Shown piece after piece: positions 13,846 to 26,762 of a DNA stretch of 64,000 nucleotides. The stretch comes from Spironucleus salmonicida (lineage: Eukaryota), in assembly GCF_000497125.1 (NCBI RefSeq), contig NC_090602.1, forward strand, positions 806,001 to 870,000. Reading direction: 5' to 3'. The stretch's first letter is position 1. Each line of letters begins with the position of its first letter. The notes under the pieces were generated by a model. The model made no database searches. It was not told where the DNA came from and saw nothing but the letters and a program-made list of their open reading frames with translations. Both the position numbers and the translations under genes were made by a program.

Positions 13846-14268
13846 TCACTTTTGTTTTATTTTCGACACCTAAAGTTTTATTTTTAGTAACGCTATACCA
13901 AGTAATCTGACTTCTGAGAAATGATAATCACACGTGTTAGAAACCCCATTAATTCGAGAGCTAAAATTCTTAAGATGTTTAATAGAAAGTGTAATATCAT
14001 CAATTAATTTATATGTACTATTAATCTCCTCAACTAATGAACTTTCTTCTTCGTTGAATTCATTCAGTTGATCGCTAAGCTGCTGTAAACTTAACTATAA
14101 ATCTGGTAATTATGGTGCAAGTTTAGGAGTTTTGATAACACTTGGACTTTCCATTAATGATGACATATTTGGGAGTCTTGTTGATAATGCTCTTTGCGAT
14201 TAAATATGTCTGCTGCCAAATCTCTGAGAACGTAAAGATAGGAGTTCATTTTGCAAAGATTAGTACAT
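13846..14268 (-). CDS. Hypothetical 140-aa protein
   Basis: Open with TAR=Gln, ends AAGTGA. Confidence 0.45.
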
Positions 14269-14691
14269 TTATGCTGATAATACTATTTTACTATTATTTA
14301 ATATAAATGATTTGGATGATATGTTCGGTAAAATCACAAATATACTTATCTATATAAAATACTGAACTATACTCATTTTTAATTTTATATTTATATAATT
14401 GTTTTTATGGTCTAAACCGATGTTAAATTTTAGTTCCGTAGAATAAGTAGATATTTTAGATGCCATGTTTTGTAACCGTAAAATGGAAAAATCTTTATTG
14501 CCTATTATTCAATTCAACTCATATATTAATAAAAAATCTTCACAATATTTATATAATAAAAAATATAGTCTTATGTAAAATTATCTTTTACTACATAAAA
14601 TTAGAATAAGAATAACTATAACATATTCTATAAGATAAATTACTAATACTTTAATAATAATTAGTAACAAAGTTAAAAAAATACAATATTC

Positions 14692-16641
14692 TCACCACAT
14701 TCTTTACAACTACATGAACCCACTTAAGCATGAACTGAACTCAGTTCCTATTGATAGTTGGACAACACTATTCCCACCTAAATATAAAAAATCTACTAAA
14801 CTCTAACCATAAAATGTTTAACTACCAGCACCTTTAGGCGTACTATACAGTGTTGTTCCAACACCACCGCTCATAGCACTGATAACACACTCACCATTTA
14901 CCATAATTTAAATTGTTGGTCTTTTACGACTGAAAACAACAAATTATACTTAATAGCAACCTGGCGAAACTATTAAAATCTGACTTTTTCCTTTTTCCCA
15001 TAAAAAGTTACTTTGTAATGTATTTTACGCTTCTTCTGACCATATAATTGAATTTTAAGATGAAAGCTTCTTATTTTTCCATAACCACTTAGCCGTAGGC
15101 ACAATAATATTAGAAGAATTATTACACGTTAAATCAAACTCCTTTAATTTACAGCTAACCAAATCATTTTAGGAGCTTAATACATTCTAAATAGAATCTA
15201 TAGCATGTCTAACTGCACTAATTTCACAAGTAAGTTTTTATTCATTTTCTTCATTTTATTTCACTAACTTGAAGTCTACATCATTTGCTACCATTTCAAT
15301 AAGCTACCTAATATCCTCAATATTCTAGTCGAGCTTTTATAAGCTCTCGTGAGGGCTAATTTCTCGCATTATTTTCTTCATCAGCCCATCTTAATTTTCT
15401 TTAAAACGATCTTCCAAGTCATGTCTTACATGGGTAGCCTAAATATCCAATTCTGCCTTAATAATGCTTTTTACAGTCCTGTAAAGTGAGTTATCAACGA
15501 AACCTTCCACTTCTGCTTTAATTTATCTCTAAGTGGCATTTTGGAGCTGGTGGAATTCGTCTTCTAAAACATCTCTAGTGACGAATTTGCTATTATTCAA
15601 ACTGTTAGTATCCAATTTGAAACTCATCTACACCTCCAAATCCTTCAATTTTTTATCGAAACTTTTCAAAACTGTAAGCTCTAATAGCTTACTTGAAATA
15701 TCGTTTTGGAGTTCTGCTTATTTCTGCTACGTTGAATGTAAATTTTGTGAGAATTCTGCGAATTTTGCGTTATTTTCTTCTTGAAGAAACGTGGTTTTCT
15801 CGGTGTTCTGAAGAGATAATTATTATATTCTATCGTTAAGTTTTTACGCGATCGATTGTACTACATTTTTGCTAGCAAAATGTTTTATTTGTTCAACAAA
15901 AATTGTCTTTGATATATCTGAGATATCTTGTGACGTTGGAATAGAGGTTGCGTTATCAGTTACTATTTTTTCAATTTAGTTAAGCGTTGCTGTGTGCTAG
16001 TTCTAGTTTGACGTTTTCAGCGTCTCAAAATTAGTTTTTGTCTGGCTTTACAGTTGTTGGAGTTGATTTTAAAGATCTTAGCGAAGCGTTTAAAGCTAAG
16101 CTGTTAACGATGAGGTCGGCGTATAGTTATCGATTGTTTATTCGAGCTATGTTTTCGTTAAAAATGTATCGAATTTAGCTGATAATTGAGTTGTTTCTTA
16201 AATTGTTTTTTGCTTTAAATTTTAAAGCATTTCTGTTTACTAAAACATGTTCTTATCTAAATTCGATATTGATATTTCATGTTTTTGTGAAAGTTTTTAA
16301 ACTATTTCCGTTAAATTTTAAATTTTTTATTTTTAAAAGTGTTCAACTTCTAGCAATTTTTCCTCAAAATCATCTAATTTTTATGTTGATGTTCGCTAAA
16401 ACGCAGTAAATTTATCTTCTAACGCTTATTATTTCTTAGATAATTCAGGATCAGGTCTAGATAACTTTAGAAGAATTTCTTTTGATACAGCTTCTTATGC
16501 CTAAAGTTTTTTAGAAAATTCAACTAAATGAGCTTTAAGAGCAATCATATCTTAGGCTTATCCGAATAGAGCACTTCTCATTACAGGCTATATATTTTTC
16601 CATTCACCATTCCCATTACACAAATCATCATAATCAGTCAT
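14692..16641 (-). CDS. Long coiled-coil protein with beta-rich C-terminal domain (649 aa)
   Basis: CCACTCC leader; Q/E/K/L-rich body; C-terminal KWLW...FLWEKG...PGCYQVQF...VNG segment. Confidence 0.7.
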
Positions 16642-16921
16642 TTAAAATTTTGGAGTGGAATAATATACATATAATATTATATAATATATAGATATAATAT
16701 TTTTATGTTATGTAATATTAATTAAAAAAATGTTTTCCAAATTTAAGAAATAATAGTAAATTCTCAACAGACCTTTAAAATGGCTTCATACGAATAAAAT
16801 ATATAAGCATAGTGAGACTATTAATAAATAAAAATATCCTATTGAAATCCAATAGAATATCTATCCTCAGCCTTTGTTAAAAACAAAGATTATCAGAAAT
16901 TGTTGATCATAATTTAATCAA

Positions 16922-17674
16922 TCAAACACGCTTACCACCAGCGACACCAGTTCTTCTAGCAGCGATTAAACCGCATTTCTGACCAGGTACGAGTCTTCTG
17001 GAGCGAGTACCAGGGGTACCAATATGCTTATGGTTACCACCACCGAATGGATGGTCGACTGGATTCATACCGACACAGGTGATTCTGGGCCAATTGTTTC
17101 TTTTTGCCTTATGCTTATAATAAGCATTACCAGCTTTAAGCAATGGCTTGTCGATTCTACCACCACCGGCTACAATACCGACACAAGCTCTTGAAGAGGA
17201 TGGGATAACCTTCTTGTTACCAGAAGGAAGCTTGATACGAGTTTAACCAGACTCCTTGTTATGGGAGATGACTAAGCAATAGCAGCCAGACGCACGAGCG
17301 AGAGCACCACGATCACCACCTTTTTCTTCGACGTTAGAGATATAAGTACCTTCGGGGATACGACCGATTGGGAGGACATTACCGATGGCGATTTCAGCAG
17401 TAGCACCGCAATATACGTTTTAACCAGTATACATACCTTCAGTAGCAATGAAGTTTTCAGTTTCACGTTCGAATTTTCTGCAAGACTTGAACTGAACCTT
17501 GGCTATGGGGGCACCACGACCTTTGTCATGTACAATATCAGTGATTACACCACGCATGAAACCATGTCTTTCAACATAGTCTATAGAACGGAAAGCGGCG
17601 GGACCAACGGAACCACGGTGTGCACGGAAGATTCCACCACGACCCATACGTTATTGATGAATACGACGACCCAT
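16922..17674 (-). CDS. RPL8: 60S ribosomal protein uL2 (L8)
   Basis: MGRRI..., [35 protein letters not shown]; continuous with TAA=Gln. Confidence 0.97.
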
Positions 17675-17861
17675 TGTACAAAAGGAGTGGTACTGCAAAT
17701 TTAATTTAATTTATGAATAACTCTTATAAATTATATAATAGTTGTATTGTGAAATGAAAATTAAAAGCATATGTTTAAACATCATCTATACTTTCTTAAT
17801 TTCGATAAAGTTGAAGGATTGATAGCATTTTTAAATATATATTAAAAATTTAATGCTAAAT

Positions 17862-20186
17862 TCACTTCAATATGGCTATTACTTTATCATCATTCATTTT
17901 GATACTTAGAACAATCTCCCCAGTCGCTTTTTCTATAAACTAACAGTAATCATGTTCTTTTATATCCTAATTCGAAGTTTATATACCAGTGAAAATTAAT
18001 TACTGTTATTTTTTAAGTATTACTATTTCTACAAATTTAGATTGTTATTTTATTTACCTTTAAAAATAACCAATAGCAATTTCACCATGTGGAACTAGTA
18101 TATACTTTTACTCTTAGAGTTACTAATCCGTTTTTAATACATTTTTTACAGACAAAGATTTTGAAATAACACAGTTTGGCGCTAAAAGTTTAATTATTTT
18201 ATTTTACAAAATATGGCCAACAGTAGCATTGTCATCAAAAAATATATCAACATAATCTAATTGTGGAAATAGATACAATTAAAACTTATTTCTGAAAATA
18301 TATTCTATTATGATTTTATTCTCATCAATATGAATTCTGTAAGTATCGTTATTACCTAACTACAAACTATTTATGATCGTCTCATTTATTTCAATTTCGC
18401 TTTATTTAACATTAAAAGTGTAAAATTTTGTTATAAAATGTGTTTTAACGTAAATTTTATACATCTTTGGAATAATTTTGATGCTTATAACGTCTCCATT
18501 AAATAATTTCATTTCATTTTCTATATGTAAACAATTATTCTAATATAATTCATATTATACCAATTCATCGTGTGCAAAATATTATAGTAATTAATTTTCG
18601 AATAGTTATTTAGATATTGTATAACTATAATCCTCTTAACTAAATAATGCATCATTTATTTTTATGACCACGAATTTTAAAATATTATTTTCTTTCAGTA
18701 GCTTAAATTAAATATAGCATGCTTTAAAATCATATGATTTATTTTAACAAGGATATTCAATAAAAATTCTAGCCTTTTAGCTAGTTTTATGAGGAAGTTT
18801 AAATTCTTATATAAAACAGTTTAATTTGTCTTATAAATTACTCTAGTTAGCAAATAATGAATATCTTCTAATGGTTTACTTTATAACATCTGATGTATTA
18901 TACATTTAATATAAATTAAACGCTTAAGAATACGGAAGATTAAACTATTCTAAAAACTATTACAATGAAATATTGCTGTCAAACTAAGAAATCTTAAAAT
19001 AATATTAGGGTAACATTTAGTTATTAAGAATTGGAAATTCATCACAAGACTAATGATTGGTCTACAGTTCAATATCAATTTTATTTACATTATTAGATTC
19101 TTCTAAATTTTCTTGATTGATTTATATTTTCATTTATTCAGATCCAAAATTATCTATATCAATTTTATTTTGTTAACATTTGTTAATATTCACATAGTAA
19201 CACATATAAGCATTACTTCCAATAGAATTTGGAAATTTCTATATTTTATTGACAAACGAATCATTAAACTCATAGAAATGTTCTTCTTCTAAATTAGTAC
19301 TTTTATTAATGTAAGTATAATAATGACCTGATGATATATTTCCAGTATGGCATACAATACTCTATAATTAGTATACATATTCAGTTACCTATAAATTGTC
19401 GATATAATTCTCTATAATATAATTATATAATTCAGGAACCTAAATAATTTCATCTAAACATTCTTTGCTACAAGTAGTAAAGTAAATATATGGTTATAGA
19501 GTTACTTTAATAAATTCTTCTGATTAGTTTTTATAACATAAAAGCCCTTTAACATCGATTTTTTAAATTATCTCACAACTATTTTCATTTTTTATAAACT
19601 AAAATGTATTTTCATTAAAAATAAACCGAGAAAATGTAATAATAAGTAAATCTGGGAATTTTTAATATGTTTGTTGTTTTGATTGTTCATTAGATTTACA
19701 TTAACATCTATAATCCAAATCTTCCGGTTACAATTTTTAGAAAAAAGCTGACGACAAACAACCTTTAATTTATAAAAAAATATCAGAATATGTAACTAAC
19801 GACTAATTAATATGGGAACAAGATTTGCATGTAATTGTTTGCTATTCCTATCCAATAAATACACCCGACGGTCCAAATACTTATTCAAATGCCTCGGATA
19901 TTTATTTTTGTATTAAATTAGCATCCTCTTATTCATATAATTTGTCACCAATAACATTAAGAGAGTTACATATATTTACTGGATCTAAAATTTTTGTTAT
20001 TTAATATGACTTTCGAAAAATTAGTTCCTTAAGTGCGAATAATATTTGATCTGATTATGTATTAAAACTATCTTAATACGGAAAGTTTAAAAGTAATTAT
20101 ATTATTGGACAATTAATATATGCTTATACAGTTGAATTTAAATAGCAAGTTGCACCAAAATTAGTAAGTCCATGAAACTTTTGCAT
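17862..20186 (-). CDS. Ubiquitin-specific protease, peptidase C19 (774 aa)
   Basis: Cys box GLTNFGATCYLNSTVQ, QEDA, His box YQLQSIVCHTGNISSGHYYTY; CCACTTT leader; ends AAGTGA. Confidence 0.9.
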
Positions 20187-20813
20187 TTAATTAAAGTGGT
20201 ATTTAATTATATATAACAGAACATATTAATTATTTTAAATATATTTAAATTACGTAGTAATGCTATCAACTGGTTACTTCATATGAAAATTATTACAAAA
20301 TAATACTATTTTTATTAATACATAATTCTAATCTACTTTAAAATATCATCTACATTTTATATTTAGTAGATTCATCTTTTAATAACTTCAATTAACAGAA
20401 CTTACGATAATGTTTCTACAAACAGATACCTAGACTAAATTAACAAGCGATCGTACTACATTTTAGATTATACATTATTTTCTTCTACATTTTTTTAGTT
20501 TCAATAAGCTTTCAGATTCGCATTTTCGGTATTTATAATAATATCGTTGCCATAAATATAGAATAGTACTAATTTGGACATTTGAGTTCTGTATACTTAA
20601 TATTTTATTTATTTTTTACAGACATGAAATCATGTTTATTATGATTAAGAGAATATAAACTATAGATGTAACTGCTATTGATCTTATTTTAATATTGTTA
20701 AATATAGAGAAAATTTTAACTTTACATAAACCCAAGGCAAATTTATTAGTAAAATAATATACTCGTATCATATATTATAGATATTGTTACTGATAAGTAG
20801 ACCGAACTTGGCC

Positions 20814-22207
20814 GCGTGGTGGGTCATCCCGCCTGCTCGCCTGGTGGGCCATCCCGCCTGCTCGCGTGGTGGGCCATCCAGGTTACCCGCGTGGTGGGCC
20901 ATCCCGCCTGCTCGCCTGGTGGGCCATCCAGGTTACCCGCGTGGTGGGCCATCCCGCCTGCTCGCGTGGTGGGCCATCCAGGTTACCCGCGTGGTGGGCC
21001 ATCCCGCCTGCTCGCGTGGTGGGCCATCCAGGTTACCCGCGTGGTGGGCCATCCCGCCTGCTCGCCTGGTGGGCCATCCAGGTTACCCGCGTGGTGGGCC
21101 ATCCCGCCTGCTCGCCTGGTGGGCCATCCAGGTTACCCGCGTGGTGGGCCATCCCGCCTGCTCGCCTGGTGGGCCATCCAGGTTACCCGCGTGGTGGGCC
21201 ATCCCGCCTGCTCGCCTGGTGGGCCATCCAGGTTACCCGCGTGGTGGGCCATCCCGCCTGCTCGCGTGGTGGGCCATCCAGGTTACCCGCGTGGTGGGCC
21301 ATCCCGCCTGCCCTGGTGGCCATCCGGCCGCTGGTGGGCCATCCAGGTTACCCGCGTGGTGGGCCATCCCGCCTGCTCGCCTGGTGGGCCATCCAGGTTA
21401 CCCGCGTGGTGGGCCATCCCGCCTGCTCGCCTGGTGGGCCATCCCGCCTGCTCGCCTGGTGGGCCATCCAGGTTACCCGCGTGGTGGGCCATCCCGCCTG
21501 CTCGCCTGGTGGGCCATCCAGGTTACCCGCGTGGTGGGCCATCCCGCCTGCTCGCCTGGTGGGCCATCCAGGTTACCCGCGTGGTGGGCCATCCCGCCTG
21601 CTCGCGTGGTGGGCCATCCAGGTTACCCGCGTGGTGGGCCATCCCGCCTGCTCGCCTGGTGGGCCATCCAGGTTACCCGCGTGGTGGGCCATCCCGCCTG
21701 CTCGCCTGGTGGGCCATCCAGGTTACCCGCGTGGTGGGCCATCCCGCCTGCTCGCCTGGTGGGCCATCCAGTGTTACCCGCGTGGTGGGCCATCCCGCCT
21801 GCTCGCCTGGTGGGCCATCCAGGTTACCCGCGTGGTGGGCCATCCCGCCTGCTCGCGTGGTGGGCCATCCAGGTTACCCGCGTGGTGGGCCATCCCGCCT
21901 GCTCGCCTGGTGGGCCATCCAGGTTACCCGCGTGGTGGGCCATCCGCCGCGTGGTGGGCCATCCCGCCTGCTCGCCTGGTGGGCCATCCAGGTTACCCGC
22001 GTGGTGGGCCATCCCGCCTGCTCGCCTGGTGGGCCATCCAGGTTACCCGCGTGGTGGGCCATCCCGCCTGCTCGCGTGGTGGGCCATCCAGGTTACCCGC
22101 GTGGTGGGCCATCCCGCCTGCTCGCGTGGTGGGCCATCCAGGTTACCCGCGTGGTGGGCCATCCCGCCTGCTCGCGTGGTGGGCCATCCAGCCTGCTCGC
22201 GTGGTGG
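20814..22207. repeat. GC-rich satellite, 50-bp unit made of two alternating 25-bp monomers
   Basis: GTGGTGGGCCATCCCGCCTGCTCGC plus STGGTGGGCCATCCAGGTTACCCGC, roughly 55 monomers with a few irregular units (about 21310, 21770, 21945). Confidence 0.98.
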
Positions 22208-23168
22208 ACCTAGATTTTATAAGAATTAATGAATCCATAATAGTATAGCAATTAATTTTTCTAGTTATAAGTGTTAATAAAAAATAATAAAAGAATTATA
22301 ACATAATTTTATATATATTATTATTAATGTTAAATATAAAAATATCTTAAAGCAAACTAATAAAAAGAATAAATACTAATTATCTTACCATATATCCTAT
22401 TTGATATTTATCAACTCATATTACTCACAATTAAATAATTTATAGATTGAGTGTTAACATTTCATCTAACTTTAATATAAAAAAGTAATTTAGACTTTTT
22501 CCAAATAATATATTAGTTATCATGTTATCTAATATTTTAGATTTATAAAATTTGATTATTTATGGCTATAAGAATTAATCATGGATGATAGATAATTCTT
22601 TTCACTATTCGCCCAATTTAGTTTATCACATTAGTGATGGTTAAATATCAGGTGAACTCACTTATATTCTTTAATTTAATTGGTATATGACGTTAGTATT
22701 TATAATATTAACAGAAATTATTATCAACAAATTTACAAATAAAATCAACATTCATGTTATAATAAAAGCTTTTATTATATGAACATTTTATAGATTTAAA
22801 ATAATTAATATCTGAAAGATATTTTATATAAAAAGGTTATGGCAGACTATTTATTATTATAAAATTTACAAATATAAGATAATATTTTTGCTCATTTTGA
22901 TCTAAATTGAATTACAAACATTGAATATAATTTTATATTTACTAAATGATTGATAATGTTATATATAAAACTCCAAAAAATTATTAATAAACAAAAATCA
23001 TATAATTTGAATCCATTGATTTTATAATAGTTATTATTAATTTGTATATATTTTTTAAAAATCTAATTTATAATAAATTTCCAATATTAAATTAATATCG
23101 TAAAATAACAAATATAAAAATTAGCTTTATTATACTCATTAACATTAAATTACTTCTTTTTTATAAAA

Positions 23169-23852
23169 ATGATTGAAATATAGATTATGTTTATTATTTC
23201 AATTTCAGTTTTAATTACGAGTTATTTGCTATCAGATTTATTAAATTAAGAGCCTTCACCATTTTTATCTATTTTCTTTTCTTGTGTAATGATTCATTAG
23301 TATAATACATGTTTAGAACATTATACACTTGTTCAACAAGTTGCAATTCCATATATAATTGGGGTTTTATACTTTATGTTGTAGATTAAACCAATTCGTG
23401 CAAGACTTTTATAGGGAGAGGTAGCAGAAAAAATTTACATATAAACGTAATTCTCAGATGATATATTTTTTATTATAACTATTTCAGTATATCCAATAAT
23501 AATAGAGTATCAGATTTGCTAATAAAAATTACTTTCCTGCATAATTTTTTATACAGTTATAGACTAAGTTATTACGATTTTACTAAGATAGGTATCAATT
23601 TAATCAAGAATGATTATTAATTATTGCTATATTGTAGGTGGATTCATAACATTTAAATTAACAAATTGTTATAAGTATGGAATTTTCTAAATGATTATCA
23701 ATATAATTATGAGTGCAGTTGGATTTGGAGAGAATATGCGCTTTATATTTAGTTTATTATTATTAGGCCTCTTTGAAGGTGTACAAACTGTGATGGGTTG
23801 GGAAACAACCTCAGAGTACTGGGCTCGGTATTTCGAGGGTCGGATGAAGTGA
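23169..23852 (+). CDS. Hypothetical multi-pass membrane protein (start uncertain)
   Basis: Hydrophobic frame open from about 22950; ends GWETTSEYWARYFEGRMK at AAGTGA. Confidence 0.5.
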
Positions 23853-24090
23853 GTGTTGAATTTTGGGCGTATATATATATATATATAATATTACCCCTAA
23901 CCGATATCGATATTCTATTTCCACTTCATTGTCAATCATCAGCCTTCTGCTAAGCAACCCGCCAGCGTGGGTTGTGCCCTAGGAGGACTGTTAAATTACC
24001 TGTGGATAATGACTCGCGAAATTGCTTTCCTGAGGCCACCAACCGCAGCATAGCTTCCAATTATATTTTACATCGCCCGGCAGTCGCTGG
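23814..24090. repeat. Inverted duplication arm B1 (partner 36678-36956)
   Basis: About 280-bp reverse-complement match differing by a few substitutions and one TA unit. Confidence 0.95.
23937..24055 (+). ncRNA. Candidate box H/ACA snoRNA, copy 1
   Basis: Two hairpins each with an internal loop, AAATTA (ANANNA) in the hinge and ATA plus 3 nt after hairpin 2; TA tract and CCACTTC upstream with no nearby ATG. Confidence 0.6.
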
Positions 24091-24355
24091 GCTAACCTAA
24101 AGCAAAAGTATTATATACTTAAGTATTTATATATAGAGCGATTTTATATCATAAATTAAGATTCTCACTATATTTTATACATTTCACCACATTTAAGCTA
24201 TAACTACTTTACACTATAAAGTATTAAATAATCATATAAGGAATATGATTCACAAGTTTTAACTTCCTTATTATTAGCGAAAACGATAAGATAGGAAAAT
24301 AAATTAAAAATTATAATATATTATAGTTAATAATATAAAGTGTATAACAAATCAA

Positions 24356-25660
24356 ATGGATGAAGATGATACTTATTAAGAATTGATATCTAACCATGTA
24401 GGAAATCCGTAGTCCTCCTATTAATCAATATATTAAAAATTTAAGTTAACGCAAGTATCGCATTTAAGCTAAAAGAAACCACATCGAGCAACACTATTCT
24501 CATCGACACTAAACTTAACCAACACGATTCTAGGAGCTGGAATTCTCACCATACCATTTAATTTTAACAGAACTGGATACGTATTTGGGTACATATAGTA
24601 AGGTATGTTTGCCATTTTGGCTTATTACACCTTCCATCTTCTGGGTACTTCAGCAAGGGCCACGAAATGTTTCAACTACTAGCTGCTGATATAGTCGCTT
24701 TTAAATAAGACGCTTGGCTATTTAAGCTCGTTCTGCATTCTGATCTTTACCTCCTTCATAATGGTTTCTTTCTGTATTTTAATTCGGGACAACCTGTTCT
24801 TCCTAAGCGTCTAGTGGCATAAGGCTTTAGTATTTGCGGCTATCTTAGTTTTAGCGATAACACCATTAAGCAGTGTTCCTGAGCTGAATATGCTGCAATA
24901 CAGCTCCCTTCTCTCAATTTTTTGCGGATTTTACGTGGTTTTGTTCACAGTTTCCCTATGCGTCCTAAAATCGACCAACAAGTTGACTCTGCCTGAAATG
25001 GAACCTCCTATAGCAATAAAGCCAATTACATTTTAGTTTTTCGCTTCTTTTGCATATTCTGCACTGGCTTTCGCGGGACATTTTAATGCTCTGAACGTGT
25101 TCTAGGAGGTCAAGAATCACTCATCAAAGAGCTTCAATAAGAGCGCATTTTTCAGCATTGTATGTATACTGATAATGAATCTGTTAATATCTACTGGTTA
25201 TTTCGTGTTTTCAGATCAAGTTGAGCCAAACATTTTGTAAAATTTCGATAATTTAATCTAGTACAGAGCGCTTTCTTACATTTGCAACATAAGTCTAGTT
25301 ATTATACTAGTTTGCAGCTATCCCTTGATGATGTTTTGCTTCAAGGCTAATTTATTGGAACTATGCTGTAGAAAACGAGAAATAAAGTATAAGCATTAGG
25401 TTATAATTGTTATCTTTTTAAATATACTATTTGGAGGAATTAGCCTGTTTCTTACTGACGTAGGGATTGTTTTAGATGTTGTGAGTTCTATCGCATGTGT
25501 GCCTTTGGTTATAGTGTTTCCAGGGTTGTTAGGTTTGCGATGGAGTTACGAAGAACATGATAGAAAGAAGAAAATTATAGGGCTGATTGTAAATACTATA
25601 GTTGTGATAGTGGGTGTTCTGTTAATGATATTAGGGGTTATAGGCTGCTTTATTAAGTGA
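24356..25660 (+). CDS. Amino-acid transporter, AAAP/Aa_trans (SLC38-like, 434 aa)
   Basis: TLNLTNTILGAGILTIPFNF...GY, ALAFAGHFNAL, SYPL motifs and many hydrophobic segments; ends AAGTGA. Confidence 0.88.
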
Positions 25661-25832
25661 TATGAATAAATGTACTAAAAATAATAATTATCTTGTTTTC
25701 TAGTAATATATTTTTTGTAAAAATATTTAAAATTATAATATAATAGTCATAAATTAATATTATTCATAAAAACAATATTAATTATATAATATATTTTATT
25801 GATTATTAATAAAATATATTCCTTTCCTTATT

Positions 25833-25839
25833 CCACTCC
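25833..25839 (+). promoter_or_regulatory. CCACTCC initiator-like motif (example; recurs before many genes)
   Basis: Lies 9 nt before the Ran ATG, downstream of a nearly pure A/T tract. Confidence 0.7.
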
Positions 25840-25848
25840 AAAGTTAAA

Positions 25849-26478
25849 ATGTCCGTTCCTACTTTTAAGCTTATTATCGTAGGTGATGGTGCTACTGGTA
25901 AGACTACTTATGTTTAGCGTCATGTATCGGGAGAATTCCGTCGTCAATATATTGCAACTATTGGTGTTGAAGTTCGTTCTCTTCCCTTCTATACTTCTTA
26001 AGGGGAAGTTCATTTTGAAGTCTACGATACTGCTGGTTAAGAAAAGTTTGGTGGTCTTCGTGATGGTTATTATGTCAACGCAAAAGCATGTTTTTTATTC
26101 TTCGATGTAACTTCTCGTAATACTTACAAAAATGTTGAAAATTGGTATAATGATGTTGTCAGAATCGTTTAAGATATTCCAATGGTATTAGTTGGTAATA
26201 AGTGTGATTAAAAGAATCGTGAAGTTCGTACTCAATCTGTTTCATTCCATAGAAACAAGGGTATTGATTATGTTGAAATTTCAGCAAAATCCAATTATAA
26301 CTACGAAGTACCTTTCTTAATCATCTGCAAAAAGCTTGCCAACGATCCTACTTTAAGTTTTACTTAGGCTCCCGCACTTATTCCTGCTGAGATATAGATG
26401 ACTGAGTAGGACAAGGCTCAAATTAATGATGCATTAAACTAAGCAGCTAACGTCGCTCTTCCTGACGATGACGAATGA
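25849..26478 (+). CDS. RAN: GTP-binding nuclear protein Ran
   Basis: [13 protein letters not shown][TAA=Q][24 protein letters not shown], acidic LPDDDE tail. Confidence 0.98.
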
Positions 26479-26762
26479 TGAAATGCTATTTTTGTTATCA
26501 CTTATTTGATTATTAATTCAGCACCTTATTTTGATCATATAAATAAGGTAAGATAACTTTAATTGCTAATATACTCATTTAATTAGTAATCATCAGAGAT
26601 ACTCGCTAGAAAATATTATAAGCTGATTTAAAAAACTTAATCGCATATATCGATACAGCAGTTTTGCGTCATATAACATTGATTAAAATTTATAGGAGAA
26701 GCTTTATAGGTTTAATAGTAAAGCTAAATCACTCTAGAATAAAATCTAAAACAAATGGCACA

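Noticed and set aside
20784-22248. Three 460-481 aa ORFs, or a CRISPR array
   Set aside because: The 50-bp period is not a multiple of 3, so all frames give the same permuted text; the linkers are two repeating sequences rather than unique spacers, and no cas genes are present.
548-23852. TGA as a sense (Trp) codon, suggested by in-frame TGAs near 623-935, 6531 and 22635-22947
   Set aside because: The conserved genes I translated use TGG for Trp and have no internal TGA; alternative frames with single indels explain these cases.
25833-25839. CCACTCC as a Shine-Dalgarno-like element
   Set aside because: It has anti-SD rather than SD polarity and also precedes a likely non-coding RNA, which favours a transcriptional role.
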